From assembly GCA_027420455.1 (NCBI GenBank), contig DAIBJA010000072.1, positions 24 through 64,023 of the forward strand: a stretch of DNA of 64,000 nt. Direction: 5' to 3'. Position 1 is the first letter of the stretch. Each line of letters opens with the position of its first letter. The DNA is from Clostridia bacterium (GTDB lineage Bacteria > Bacillota > Sulfobacillia > JAJZYS01 > JAJYTV01). This document shows positions 52,020 to 62,143 of the stretch, piece by piece. The position numbers were made by a program, and so were the translations under genes. Below the pieces are notes generated by a model. The model saw only the letters and a list, made by a program, of their open reading frames with translations. It was not told where the DNA came from and did not search any database.

Positions 52020-53080
52020 GCGAGGAAAGGATTGCGGCACTGCACCGACGCCTGGCCAAGGAGAGCCTGGACGGGTTCATCACATTCATGGAGCAGGACT
52101 TTTTGTACCTCTCGGGATTCAGCGGCGATGCGGGTGCCCTCGTCATCGGTCGTGACGACGCGCTCCTCCTGACCGACAGCCGCTACATCGAGACGGCCGA
52201 GGTGGAGGTGCGGGGGGCGCGCACAGCCAAACACGGCGTGCCGCTCTGGCACGACGTCGCCCAGGCTGTGCGCGAGATGGGTGGCGAGCGATGGGGATTC
52301 GACGCCACTGCCGTCTCCTACGACGCGTATCGGCAACTCGAGGAGCAGGGTGTTCCGCTCGTGCCTACCAAGGGGATCGTCCTTGCGCAGCGCATGGTCA
52401 AGGACGACGAGGAGGTCGCGAAGCTCAGGCGGGCCTGTGCGATCGCGGCCGACGCGCTGGAGGAGGCGATCGATCGCATCCGACCGGGCATGACGGAACG
52501 TGAGGCCGCGCTCTGGCTCGAGATGCGCATGCGCGAGATGGGCGCCGAGGGACCGGCGTTCCCATTCATCGTGGCCTCGGGGCCGCGCGGCTCCCTGCCG
52601 CACGGTGCGGCAGGCGAACGCGCATTCGCCACAGGCGACATGGTGACCTTTGATGTCGGATGCCGCTACTTCGGCTATCATTCAGACATTACGCGCACGG
52701 TTGCCCTCGGGACGCCGCAGGCCGAACTGCAGCGCGCCTACGAGGTGGTGCGAGCGGCGCAGCAGGCGGGAATCGCGGCGGTGAAGCCGGGGGCTGCGGC
52801 GAGCGATGTCGACGCCGCGGCACGCGACGTGATCGCTAGGGCAGGCTACGGCGAGTATTTCGGGCACGGCACCGGACACGGCGTCGGGCTCGAGATCCAT
52901 GAGTGGCCGCAGATTTCGTCGCGCAGCGACGATATTCTTGAAGCTGGCATGGTGCTGACCGTCGAGCCGGGGATCTACCTCCCGGGCGTGGGCGGAGTCC
53001 GCATCGAGGATACGGTGCTGGTCACGGACGAGGGGGCGCAGGTGCTGACGGTATCGCCCAAAGCTCTGCGCATGCTCTGA
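52016..53080 (+). CDS. Xaa-Pro aminopeptidase/dipeptidase (M24B).
   Basis: HGTGHGVGLEIHE metal-binding motif. Gene order aroQ-pepP-efp as in B. subtilis yqhS-yqhT-efp. Confidence 0.85.
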   Translation: MSEERIAALHRRLAKESLDGFITFMEQDFLYLSGFSGDAGALVIGRDDALLLTDSRYIETAEVEVRGARTAKHGVPLWHDVAQAVREMGGERWGFDATAVSYDAYRQLEEQGVPLVPTKGIVLAQRMVKDDEEVAKLRRACAIAADALEEAIDRIRPGMTEREAALWLEMRMREMGAEGPAFPFIVASGPRGSLPHGAAGERAFATGDMVTFDVGCRYFGYHSDITRTVALGTPQAELQRAYEVVRAAQQAGIAAVKPGAAASDVDAAARDVIARAGYGEYFGHGTGHGVGLEIHEWPQISSRSDDILEAGMVLTVEPGIYLPGVGGVRIEDTVLVTDEGAQVLTVSPKALRML

Positions 53081-53126
53081 TCCCTGAAGCCATGGATTCG
53101 AATCAAGGACGGATGGGGGACGCTAC

Positions 53127-53684
53127 GTGATTTCCTCGAACGATTTCCGCAACGGGGTAACGATCGAGATCGACGGGCAGGTCTTTTCAGTGATCGAGTT
53201 TCAGCACGTCAAGCCGGGCAAGGGCTCGGCCTTCGTGCGCACGAAGCTCCGAAACGTCAAGACGGGCGCCGTGGTGGAGCGCACGTTCAATGCGGGCGAG
53301 AAGATGCCCAGGGCGCATATCGATCGCCGCGAGATGCAGTACCTCTACGCGAACGGCGACGAGTACAGCTTCATGGACACCGAGACGTTCGAGCAGGTCA
53401 GCATCACCGCGACCGAGCTCGGCGATGCGCTGCACTTCCTCAAAGAGAACATGAACATCGCTCTCCTGCAGTTCCAAGGTGTCACCATCGGCGTCGACAT
53501 GCCGAATTCGGTGGAACTCGAGGTCGTCGAGACCGATCCCGGGTTGCGCGGCGACACGGCGACGGGCGGCACCAAACCCGCGAAGCTCGAGACGGGCTAC
53601 GTGGTGCGCGTGCCTCTCTTCATCGAGAACGGGGACAAGCTCATCATCGACACGAGATCCGGCGAGTACCTGTCGCGCGCCTGA
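53127..53684 (+). CDS. efp: Elongation factor P.
   Basis: [15 protein letters not shown] (modified-Lys loop) and full-length EF-P homology. Confidence 0.95.
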   Translation: MISSNDFRNGVTIEIDGQVFSVIEFQHVKPGKGSAFVRTKLRNVKTGAVVERTFNAGEKMPRAHIDRREMQYLYANGDEYSFMDTETFEQVSITATELGDALHFLKENMNIALLQFQGVTIGVDMPNSVELEVVETDPGLRGDTATGGTKPAKLETGYVVRVPLFIENGDKLIIDTRSGEYLSRA

Positions 53685-53704
53685 TCCCGGCTCGCAAGCA
53701 AGAC

Positions 53705-53738
53705 GAGGCGAGATGGCCGGCCCTGGCCATCTCGCCTC
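53705..53738. terminator. Bidirectional terminator hairpin between efp and the SLH gene.
   Basis: GGCGAGATGGCC...GGCCATCTCGCC, a 12-bp stem. Confidence 0.55.
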
Positions 53739-53769
53739 GCTCGTTGCTCGCGGTCCGCGCCCGCTCAGC

Positions 53770-56106
53770 CTAGAGGCTGCCCGTCGCCGCCAGCGGTGTG
53801 GTCGGGGCGCCGACCGCGTCGTTGACGACCGGGCGCCCAGTGGCCACTTCGATGCCGTCGGTGAGCGGGATGGGCGCAGAGAGCGTCGTCTGCACGAGCA
53901 GCGTCTGCCCGACCAGTGCGACACTGGCGACGCCGAGCTCAACATGCGTCGTCAGGTCGGTCACCGTGTAATCGCCGAGATTCCTGTCGAGGGTGGCGCC
54001 ATCCAGTGGCTTGTCGTACGGGATCGCGAGCGTGAACTCCTCGTCACCTGCGACCTCGGTGACCGTCGTCGTGAGAGAGGTGGCGGAACGTGCGCCCCAC
54101 TCGACCGCCGTCGACGGCGCGGAGGGCGCGGACAGGCCGGACTGGGTGACGGCCTCAACTTCGAAGGTGTAGCTCGCCCCGACCGCGAGTCCCGTGATCG
54201 CGGTGCCAGCGCTGGCAGGGGTGCCGCCGTTCGCCTGGGACACCGGGCTGTAGGCGCCGCCACTCGCCTCGAGCACCTGGTAGGTGGAGGCGCCGGCGAT
54301 CGGTGACCACGTGAGGTAGATGCCGCCTGCAGTCTCCTGAGCGCTGAGGCCGGTGAGCCCCGCCAGCTGTTGACTGCCGCTGGCGGCGATCGGAGTCGTG
54401 GGCGCGTCGGCCGCATCGTCGATGATGGACCTCGTCGTGGTGATCCCGAGGAGGTCCGTGGGCAGCGTCGTCAAGGCAGTCGGAACGGTCACGATCGTCA
54501 CGCTCTGGCCGCTCGCCGAGACAGACGCGACGCCGAGCTGCGTATGCTGGCTCTCGTCCACCACCTGGTAGTCGGAGGGAGACTGGTCGAGCGTCAGGGG
54601 ATTGAGAGCCTTGTCGTACGAGACGGTGATGGTGGCGTAGTCGCCGGTTGGGCTTGGTGCGACGCTGACGGTCGCCGCCGTGGCGGGCTTCGCGCCCCAC
54701 GTGACGGTCGCGGTCGGCGCCGACGGTTGGGAAGCGCCGGACGATGTCACCGCCTCAACCTCGAAGGTGTACGCGCTGCCGACGGTCAGACCGGCGACGG
54801 TCGTGTCCGAAGCCACAGGCGCGCCGCCTTCGGCGGGGCTCACGGGGGAGTAGCCCCCGCCGCTGGCCACGAGCACCTGGTAGGACGTCGCGCCGGCGAC
54901 GCCGTTCCAGCTGAGCGCTATGCCTGAGACGACCTCGCTGGCGGCCACCTGGGTGGGCGTGGAGGTGGCTAGGGTTCCCCCGCCTGGCACCGGCGAGACC
55001 TGCGCGATGATCATGTCGACGAGCCCACTCGGCCCGACGACCAGCCGCACGAACGTCCCCGCTGCGATCTCGGCGAGGGATCCGTGTGCGCCCTCGCCTG
55101 GGATGACCACCTTGGCGGTCGGGCTGAGAACATAGGTGCCGCTTTGGGATCCGCCCTTCTTGCCGCGACCCTTGGGCCGGTTCTGGGCGGCGATCGTGAT
55201 GCGACCGCCGCCGAGCGACGTCACGATGCCCGACACAACGCCGGGATTGGCCTCAACTGTGCGGGATGGCGTGAGGTCCGCGACCACATCCGCCTGGCCG
55301 CTCGCAGTGAGCGTGAGCATGACCTGGTCGCCGACAGCGAAGCTTGCGAGAGATCCGGTCACATTGCCGTAGTCGATCTGGGCGTTCGGGGCAAGGGTAT
55401 AGGTCTCCTGACCGGGCGACCCGCCGAAGGCCCTGAGCGTGATGGTGGCCAGAGGCTGTCCGTTCACCATGACGCTGCCCGCACCTGCGAAGGTGCCCTG
55501 GACCGTAGCAGCGTGCCCAAGGCCGAGCTCCAGTTCGATGCGCTGCAAGATCACGGCGAGCTCGGCACGGCTCAGCTTGGCGTTGGGGTCGAGCTGTCCT
55601 TGGGAGCCGGTGAGGAGCCCGAGCTGCACGGCGAGCGCCAACGGCTGGCGGGCCCAGGCCGGCACGCTCTTCGTGTCGCCAAACGTTTGCAGGCTGGCGA
55701 GATTCCCGTTTGCGGGAAGCTGCAGCGCGTTCACGATCATCGCGATGGCCTGGGCGCGCGTGGCTGCGGCACCGGCGTCGACGTCCCCGCCAAGCCCGGA
55801 CAGCATTCCGTCGCCGATGGCCCTCTGCACCTGCTTCGCGAAGGGCGCGCCTTGGCCGGCGCCACCCTGGTAGCGCAGCAGGACAGCCGCCAGCTGGCCG
55901 ATGGTGACCGGGTCTTGCGGTCCGAACTGCGTCGGGGTGAGGCCTGTGAGCACGCCTTGGGCGCTCAGCGTCTCAATCGCGGCCGCCGCCCACTGCGCGT
56001 GGCCGAGGTCCTGGAAGGTCGCATGTCCCTTGGCGGATGCGGTGCCGAAGCTGGAAAGGGCAAGGGTGCCGGCGATCGCCGTGGCGACAAGCAATTTTGA
56101 GCGCAC
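53770..56106 (-). CDS. S-layer-homology (3x SLH) domain protein with repeated FN3/Ig-like beta-sandwich domains (cell-surface protein).
   Basis: GTG start with GGAGGTGGGG RBS and a signal peptide. Three N-terminal SLH repeats. Repeated modules (GATSYQVL..GGYSPVS..YTFEVEAVT) consistent with FN3. Confidence 0.8.
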   Translation of the reverse strand: MRSKLLVATAIAGTLALSSFGTASAKGHATFQDLGHAQWAAAAIETLSAQGVLTGLTPTQFGPQDPVTIGQLAAVLLRYQGGAGQGAPFAKQVQRAIGDGMLSGLGGDVDAGAAATRAQAIAMIVNALQLPANGNLASLQTFGDTKSVPAWARQPLALAVQLGLLTGSQGQLDPNAKLSRAELAVILQRIELELGLGHAATVQGTFAGAGSVMVNGQPLATITLRAFGGSPGQETYTLAPNAQIDYGNVTGSLASFAVGDQVMLTLTASGQADVVADLTPSRTVEANPGVVSGIVTSLGGGRITIAAQNRPKGRGKKGGSQSGTYVLSPTAKVVIPGEGAHGSLAEIAAGTFVRLVVGPSGLVDMIIAQVSPVPGGGTLATSTPTQVAASEVVSGIALSWNGVAGATSYQVLVASGGGYSPVSPAEGGAPVASDTTVAGLTVGSAYTFEVEAVTSSGASQPSAPTATVTWGAKPATAATVSVAPSPTGDYATITVSYDKALNPLTLDQSPSDYQVVDESQHTQLGVASVSASGQSVTIVTVPTALTTLPTDLLGITTTRSIIDDAADAPTTPIAASGSQQLAGLTGLSAQETAGGIYLTWSPIAGASTYQVLEASGGAYSPVSQANGGTPASAGTAITGLAVGASYTFEVEAVTQSGLSAPSAPSTAVEWGARSATSLTTTVTEVAGDEEFTLAIPYDKPLDGATLDRNLGDYTVTDLTTHVELGVASVALVGQTLLVQTTLSAPIPLTDGIEVATGRPVVNDAVGAPTTPLAATGSL

Positions 56107-56238
56107 ATCCCCACCTCCGCATGGATAGAGCGACGCGCAGGTCCGCGTCCCAATTAGACCCTTCGCATGCGGAGTCCCTGGTTCTGGGGGCAGAAAGGAA
56201 AAATTACAGTTTGTCCAGTGATCAGGCAAGCCTGCTCC

Positions 56239-57141
56239 TCAGAGCTTGCGACCGACCGCTGCCAGCGAGAGGCTCGCCTCCCAGTCCCAGAGCGGATGCT
56301 CCATGGCCCAGCCCTGGCGCTTCAGGCCGAGCTCGCGCAGTTCGAGAAGCTCCTGGCGGCTGAGCACGCGATAGTCCTCGCCCGAGAGCAGCTCGTCGAT
56401 CCATGCCTCCAGTTCCGCCTGCTGGATCCTGCGGTGCGCGAGGCGTACTGCGGCGGGCGTGCGGCTGTCGTCCGGCGCCATGACGTGCCCCCACGCGTTC
56501 AGCCTGAGATCGCCGAGTCCGAGCTCGGCCATGAGCGCCCAGAGGGCGCGCACGGGCCACTGGCTGCTGCCTACGCCCCGCGGAATGGCTGAGTAGCCGG
56601 CATGGAGCCGGCGGGAGAGATCGCGCAAGCGCGGCGCGCCGTCATAGGGCGCCTGACCTTCCAGGGCGTCGATGCCGTCGAACGTGATGCCGCCCGGCCC
56701 CGCCACAGCCTCCGCGATGCTGACCGCGCCTTTGGGCCGGCAGACGCGCACCATCTCCGCGATCGCCTGGCGGGGATCGGCGAGGATCCCGATGCCCGTG
56801 TAGCTTGTCACCGCGTCGAAGGAGGCGTCCGGGAAGGGCAGGGCGTAGGCATCCCCCACGATGTAGCGCACGCCCCTGAGCCCGTCCGCCTCCGCCTTGG
56901 CGCTGGCGCGCGCGATGAACTCGGCGTCGAGATCGAGGCCTGTGACGCTGCCCGGCGCGATGCCTGCGGCGAGGTAGGGGGCCAAAGTGCCGGGACCGCA
57001 GCATACCTCGAGCACCTGCATGCCCTCTGCGAGGCCGAGGTACGAGAACAGCAGCGGACGCCATTCCGGCCGGAACCTCGCTGCGCGGCTCTCCTCGAGG
57101 ACTTCTGCGGGCTGGATGGCGGACCACCGGAACTGTGTCAT
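56239..57141 (-). CDS. Class I SAM-dependent methyltransferase.
   Basis: VLEVCCGPG motif I and DAVTS motif. Confidence 0.75.
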   Translation of the reverse strand: MTQFRWSAIQPAEVLEESRAARFRPEWRPLLFSYLGLAEGMQVLEVCCGPGTLAPYLAAGIAPGSVTGLDLDAEFIARASAKAEADGLRGVRYIVGDAYALPFPDASFDAVTSYTGIGILADPRQAIAEMVRVCRPKGAVSIAEAVAGPGGITFDGIDALEGQAPYDGAPRLRDLSRRLHAGYSAIPRGVGSSQWPVRALWALMAELGLGDLRLNAWGHVMAPDDSRTPAAVRLAHRRIQQAELEAWIDELLSGEDYRVLSRQELLELRELGLKRQGWAMEHPLWDWEASLSLAAVGRKL

Positions 57142-57291
57142 GTGAGCGATCCTCCTTCAAGCGTCGGTGCCTGGGCTTGGCGTTGGGCAGCGCCGGCCAT
57201 CATGTCATGTCGGCCGCTCTGCCATGGGTCTTCTCCTGGATGAGCACGTCTACCGCCGTTCGGCCAGGCATAGCGATGTGGTCGGAGGTGC

Positions 57292-58257
57292 ATGGGCATG
57301 CCAGCCGAGGCAAGGGCCGCGTGGAGCACGGAGTCGCCGTGGACCCAGATTCGGCCCTACATAGCCGAGCGCCTGGCCATTGGTCTCGATCGCCTCGATG
57401 CGGCGCTCTGGCTGGAAGCGCGCGAGCTCAGGCTGCGCGCCGGACGGGAAGTGCGCCTGGTCGGCGCGGGCGGCAAGGATCGCGTCGTGGGACCGGCGGT
57501 GAGTCGCGACGATCTCGAGCACTGCCTCGAGCACCTCACGGGACATTCGCGCTACGCCTGGGAAGAGGAGTTGGCACAGGGTTACCTTACCATTCCAGGC
57601 GGTCACCGCGTCGGCATCGCCGGCAACTGGAGCGCCCCCGGAACGGGCAGCCGGGCGGTGCGCCACGTGGCGGCGCTCAACTACCGCATCGCCCGCTCCA
57701 TCACGGGCCCCGCCGCCGCTCTGGCAAGCCGCGTCTCGCACGGCGGGCGACCGCTCGCGACCGTTCTCGTCGGCCCCCCCGGCTGTGGCAAGACGACCCT
57801 GCTGCGCGACCTCGTGCGGGCCGCCTCGGACGGCCTCTACGGCTGGCACGGCCATCAGGTGAGCCTTGTGGACGAGCGTGCGGAAATCGCTGCCTGCCAT
57901 GCGGGGCTGCCCGGCCACGACGTCGGCGCTCGCACCGACGTGCTCGACGGGCTGCCGAAGACGCTCGGCATGCGCATGGCCCTGCGGGCGCTGGGCCCGG
58001 AAATCCTCGCCACCGACGAGATCGGCGGCGAGGAGGATGCCCAGGCGGTGCTCGATTGCGCCTACGCCGGCGTGACGGTGCTGGCGACCGTCCACGCCGC
58101 ATCGCTCGAGGAACTGCGCCTTAGGCCCAGCATCGCCCTCCTCATGCGTGAGGGTGTGTTCCACCGTCAGGTCCTGCTGGGCGCGGAGCCGCGTCCAGGG
58201 ACCATCCTGCGCGTCGAGGACGAATCCGGACGTGCGATCGGGGCGGTAGCGCGATGA
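57292..58257 (+). CDS. spoIIIAA: Stage III sporulation protein AA (ATPase).
   Basis: Walker A GPPGCGKTT and SpoIIIAA family length. Alternative ATG at 57298. Confidence 0.85.
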   Translation: MGMPAEARAAWSTESPWTQIRPYIAERLAIGLDRLDAALWLEARELRLRAGREVRLVGAGGKDRVVGPAVSRDDLEHCLEHLTGHSRYAWEEELAQGYLTIPGGHRVGIAGNWSAPGTGSRAVRHVAALNYRIARSITGPAAALASRVSHGGRPLATVLVGPPGCGKTTLLRDLVRAASDGLYGWHGHQVSLVDERAEIAACHAGLPGHDVGARTDVLDGLPKTLGMRMALRALGPEILATDEIGGEEDAQAVLDCAYAGVTVLATVHAASLEELRLRPSIALLMREGVFHRQVLLGAEPRPGTILRVEDESGRAIGAVAR

Positions 58258-58772
58258 TCCCCCTGCGCATCGCTCTCGGCCTGGTTCTTGTCCTGGCGGG
58301 CTACCAGATCGGCGCCCTGGTTGCCGACCGGCAGCGGCGCCGGGTTCTCGAGATCGATGCCTGGCAGGCACTGCTGCACGTTTTGGCGAGCGATGTCTCT
58401 TACACCGCCTTGCCGCTCGGACAGGCACTCCGTTCGGCCTCGCGCCAGGCCAAGGGGCTCGTGCAGGAGTTCGCCGCCGGCCTTGCGCGCCGCCTGGAGG
58501 GGCACGTGCTGCTGGCGGAGGCGTGGCAGACAGAACTCGATCGCCTGAGGCCGCGCAGTTGCCTCACTCCGGACGACACCGCGCCGCTGCTCGAGCTCGG
58601 AGAACAGCTTCGCCGGTTCGGCCGCGACGAGCACAGGGGCTTCTTCCTGCGCTGCCAGGAGCGCCTTGCGCTCCAGCGGCGTGAGGCCGCGGAGGAGAGT
58701 GCGCGCGGCAGTCGCATGTGGCGTACGCTCGGCGCCGTCGCAGGCGCCGCATTGGCCCTCGTGCTGCTGTGA
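58254..58772 (+). CDS. spoIIIAB: Stage III sporulation protein AB.
   Basis: Position and size within the operon. ATGA overlap with spoIIIAA. Confidence 0.8.
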   Translation: MIPLRIALGLVLVLAGYQIGALVADRQRRRVLEIDAWQALLHVLASDVSYTALPLGQALRSASRQAKGLVQEFAAGLARRLEGHVLLAEAWQTELDRLRPRSCLTPDDTAPLLELGEQLRRFGRDEHRGFFLRCQERLALQRREAAEESARGSRMWRTLGAVAGAALALVLL

Positions 58773-58790
58773 GACGGGGAGGGAACGGAC

Positions 58791-58991
58791 GTGGACATCA
58801 ATATCGACCTCATCTTCAAACTCGCCGCCGTCGGCATCCTGATCGCCGTGATCCATACCGTCCTGACGAAGGCCGGCAAGGACGAGATCGGCCATCTCGT
58901 CACCCTGGCGGGCGTGGCTCTCGTGTTCATGGTGGTGGTGGATCTCCTGACGCAGCTCTTCTCGTCGGTGAAGACGCTCTTCAATCTCTGA
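58791..58991 (+). CDS. spoIIIAC: Stage III sporulation protein AC.
   Basis: 66-aa two-TM protein, DLIFKLAAVGILIAVIHTVL. Confidence 0.85.
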   Translation: MDINIDLIFKLAAVGILIAVIHTVLTKAGKDEIGHLVTLAGVALVFMVVVDLLTQLFSSVKTLFNL

Positions 58992-59009
58992 CGGGGGAGG
59001 TCGTCCCCT

Positions 59010-59396
59010 CTGGCTATCGTCCAATTCGTCGGCATCGCGCTGGCCAGCGTGGTGCTGATCAGCGTCCTGCGGCGCGAACGCTCCGAATTCGCGGTGCTGC
59101 TCTCGCTGGCAGCTGGCGCCGTGCTCTTTCTCCTGATCCTGCCGGAGCTGGCCCAGGCGCTGCGTCTGATCGACGAACTAGCGATGATGGCGCATGTGCG
59201 CCTGCTCTACATCGATGTGGTGCTGCGGGTGATCGGCATCGCCTATCTGGCGGAGTTCGCGGCGCAGGTGGCGCGGGACGCGGGCGAGGGTGCCCTGGCG
59301 CAGAAGGTGGAGCTCGGCGGCAAGGTGCTCATTCTGGTCCTGGCGGTTCCGATCGTCGGCGCCCTCGTCCATCTGGTGCTGGGGGTGGGGTTGTGA
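59010..59396 (+). CDS. spoIIIAD: Stage III sporulation protein AD. The first canonical start is GTG at 59049, but the conserved N-terminus (IVQFVGIALA) lies upstream. Probable CTG start at 59010, 9 nt after GGGGGAGG.
   Basis: Matches the SpoIIIAD pattern (IVQ..G..L......L...R.EFA..LSLA.G) only when extended upstream of the GTG. Confidence 0.7.
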   Translation: MAIVQFVGIALASVVLISVLRRERSEFAVLLSLAAGAVLFLLILPELAQALRLIDELAMMAHVRLLYIDVVLRVIGIAYLAEFAAQVARDAGEGALAQKVELGGKVLILVLAVPIVGALVHLVLGVGL

Positions 59397-60562
59397 AGTG
59401 GCTGAAGGCCTGCCTCCTGGCTGGGCTCATGCTGTTCGGCGGAGCGCAGCTCGCGAGGGCCGCCGCACCGCTGCCGATGCCATCGGCCACGTTCAGCCCG
59501 GCCTATGGCAGCGTCGCGTCCTCGCCGCTCAACGGCTTCCTCCAGCAGGTCAACGAGGCGACCGCGGGCAAGCTGCCGTCGCTCGATCTCGGCAAGATCA
59601 TCTCCGCCATGGCCCACGGCGGCGGGGAGTACGGCCCTGCCCAGCTGGTGCGGGGCGTCTGGGACATTGCGGCCGGCGACATCGTGCAGGAGACCAGGCT
59701 GCTCGGAGAGCTCCTGGCGCTCGGGGTCGTCGCGGCGCTGCTCGAGCTTCTCGCCGACAGCTTCGAGCGGCAGGACGTGAGCCGCTTCGCCACCGCCGCC
59801 GTCTATCTGGCGCTTGCGGTGCTCGCGCTCGACGCCTTCTACCAGGCGGCGCAGCTCGTCGAGAAGAGCGTCGGGCTGATGGTGGGCCTGATGCAGTCCA
59901 TGCTGCCGCTTGTCACCATGCTCCTCGCGGGGGTCGGCGCCTTCATGACAGCGGGACTCTTCCACCCGCTCATGCTGGTGGCGATCAACGTGATCGCAGC
60001 GATCGTGCGCGGGCTCGTGATACCCGCCCTGATCGCCGGCGTGGTGCTCGAGGTGATCGGACAGATGTCCGGCTTCAAGCTGAGCGGCATCGCGACCCTG
60101 CTACGCCAGGTGGGGCTGTGGACGACAGGCGCCGCGCTTACCCTCTTCGTCGGGCTGATCGCCATCTACGGGGCGGCGGGTCCCGTGATGGACGGTGTCG
60201 CACTCCGGTCCGGCAAGTTCTTGGCCAACACCTTCATCCCTGTGGTCGGCAAGCTCTTCTCTGACGCCGCCGAGGCCGTCTTCGGATCGACCTACCTGCT
60301 CAAGGACGCCGTGGGGATCGTCGGCCTCATGGCTGTCGGCTACCTAATCGTCGTACCCATCCTCAAGCTTCTGGTGCTCATCCTGGTCTTCCGACTCTCC
60401 GCTGCGGTGCTCGCGCCGATCGGCAGCAAAACCATCGTCGACGCGCTCTCGCAGTTCGCGACGAGCCTCGCGCACCTCGCCATGGCTATGGGCGCGGTCG
60501 GCGTGATGTTCTTCCTCTCGATGACGATCGTCTTCGCAGCCGGCAAGGGAGCCTGGGGCTGA
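59393..60562 (+). CDS. spoIIIAE: Stage III sporulation protein AE.
   Basis: GTG overlaps the AD stop (GTGA). Signal peptide MKWLKACLLAGLMLFGGAQLARA and a polytopic C-terminus. Confidence 0.85.
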   Translation: MKWLKACLLAGLMLFGGAQLARAAAPLPMPSATFSPAYGSVASSPLNGFLQQVNEATAGKLPSLDLGKIISAMAHGGGEYGPAQLVRGVWDIAAGDIVQETRLLGELLALGVVAALLELLADSFERQDVSRFATAAVYLALAVLALDAFYQAAQLVEKSVGLMVGLMQSMLPLVTMLLAGVGAFMTAGLFHPLMLVAINVIAAIVRGLVIPALIAGVVLEVIGQMSGFKLSGIATLLRQVGLWTTGAALTLFVGLIAIYGAAGPVMDGVALRSGKFLANTFIPVVGKLFSDAAEAVFGSTYLLKDAVGIVGLMAVGYLIVVPILKLLVLILVFRLSAAVLAPIGSKTIVDALSQFATSLAHLAMAMGAVGVMFFLSMTIVFAAGKGAWG

Positions 60563-61074
60563 TGGATTGGTTGGGCTGGCTGCGCGGCATCCTCGTCGTC
60601 GCACTCTTCGGCTGGCTGCTCGAAGCTCTGCAGCCGGCGAACGCCATGCGCCGCTACACGCGGCTCGTGATCGGTCTCCTTCTGATGGTGGCCGTACTGC
60701 AGCCGCTCACCGTCCTCTGGCAGCAGCGCCTGCCCTCGCTGGCCGGCGCGTTCTGGCACGATCCCGACGTGCAGAGCCTCCTGCAGCAGGGGACCGTGCT
60801 GCAGGGGAAGGAGCAGGCCCAGACCATCACCGCGTACCGCAACGAGATGTCCCTGGCCGGCGAGGCGGCGGCACAGTCCGTGGCTGGCAGCGACGCGGTC
60901 GCGGTCAACGTGGCCATCGACACGAGCGATGCGCCGTCGGCAGCCACCGTCGTACTGCGTGGGAAGCCCAGCTCAGGCACGATTGAGGCGGTTCGGCGGG
61001 CGGTCGCGACGGCACTCGGCATTTCCCAGGGTGCGGTCCGCGTAGATTCAAGCGAAGGAGGCTTGGCACCGTGA
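60562..61074 (+). CDS. spoIIIAF: Stage III sporulation protein AF.
   Basis: TGATG coupling. Two N-terminal TM helices. Confidence 0.8.
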   Translation: MDWLGWLRGILVVALFGWLLEALQPANAMRRYTRLVIGLLLMVAVLQPLTVLWQQRLPSLAGAFWHDPDVQSLLQQGTVLQGKEQAQTITAYRNEMSLAGEAAAQSVAGSDAVAVNVAIDTSDAPSAATVVLRGKPSSGTIEAVRRAVATALGISQGAVRVDSSEGGLAP

Positions 61075-61637
61075 AGGGCTTTCTGGACGGCCTCGACGTC
61101 CGCAGGCTGCGCACCTGGCTTGGGCTCGCCATCGCTGCTGCGGCCGTACTGCTCATTGTCACGACATTCTTCAGCGCTGCGCCTGCAACGACGACTCCGG
61201 TCGCCTCCACTTCGTCTTCGTCGGCGAAGTCGCAGGTAGCCGGCCAGGACATCATCAACTACCAGAATGTGCTCGCCGCGTCAGTCGCGAGCGCGCTGTC
61301 GGTCGTCAAGGGAGCGGGTGACGTGCGCGTGACGCTGAGCCTGCACGGCGGTCCGGGCTACCTCTACGCCTTCAACCAGACAACGCGCCGGCAGACGACT
61401 GGGAGCGGCAGCAGCACAGCCATCGACATCACGAGCCAGACGACCCTGGCCACCGCGGGTTCCGCCCAGACGCCCGTCCTGACGCAGGAGACGGCACCGA
61501 AGGTCGAGGGAGCGCTGATCGTGGCCTCGGGCGCCGCGAATCCCGTGGTCCGCGAGGAACTTAGCCAGGCGGCCCAGGCGCTTCTGGACCTGCCGGCGTA
61601 CGCGATCGAGGTCCTGCCGGCGGGAGGTGGCCGCTGA
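61071..61637 (+). CDS. spoIIIAG: Stage III sporulation protein AG.
   Basis: GTGA coupling. Single TM helix, ring-building-motif C-domain with EGALIVASGA. Confidence 0.8.
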   Translation: MKGFLDGLDVRRLRTWLGLAIAAAAVLLIVTTFFSAAPATTTPVASTSSSSAKSQVAGQDIINYQNVLAASVASALSVVKGAGDVRVTLSLHGGPGYLYAFNQTTRRQTTGSGSSTAIDITSQTTLATAGSAQTPVLTQETAPKVEGALIVASGAANPVVREELSQAAQALLDLPAYAIEVLPAGGGR

Positions 61638-62143
61638 TGCCGCGCATCGATCGCGAGCAGGCCTGGCGCTGGTCCCTGCTGCTGGCACTCCTCCTCCTCA
61701 TCGTCGTCTACCTCTGGTGGCGGGAGCATCCGCAGGCGCAGCTGCCGCCGCCGGGCGCGACGCAGGCGATTAGCCGCACGCCCCTGCCTGCGAGCGCCGA
61801 CCTTGCCGCAGTCGTGAACCTGCGTCTGTCGCGCGACCAGACCCAGAGCCGTTCGCTCGCCGAACTGACCCAGATCGCCGAGGTGGCCCAGAGCAGCCAG
61901 TCCCGGCAGGTGGCAGGGGACCAGGCTGCGGATCTGACACGCGTCATGCGCGTTGAGCAGGAGACCGACGCTGAACTTGCGTCGCGGGACTACCAGGCAG
62001 CGACCGTGATTGCGTCGGGGCGGGCGGAGGTCACCCTGGCCAATGTCCACCTGTCCCTGAGGCAGGTCGTCGAGATCGCGTCCACCGTGGAAACGGTGAC
62101 CGGGCTACCGCCTGAGGCCATCCGCATCGTGCCGGGAGGCTGA
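61637..62143 (+). CDS. spoIIIAH: Stage III sporulation protein AH.
   Basis: TGATG coupling. Single N-terminal TM helix, YscJ/FliF-like C-domain. Confidence 0.8.
   Translation: MPRIDREQAWRWSLLLALLLLIVVYLWWREHPQAQLPPPGATQAISRTPLPASADLAAVVNLRLSRDQTQSRSLAELTQIAEVAQSSQSRQVAGDQAADLTRVMRVEQETDAELASRDYQAATVIASGRAEVTLANVHLSLRQVVEIASTVETVTGLPPEAIRIVPGG

Noticed and set aside
57142-57291. Sigma-E/sigma-G type promoter for spoIIIA in the divergent intergenic region.
   Set aside because: Only a loose CATA..GAT -10-like element was found. No convincing -35 (ATATT) at the proper spacing. Cannot be called from sequence alone.
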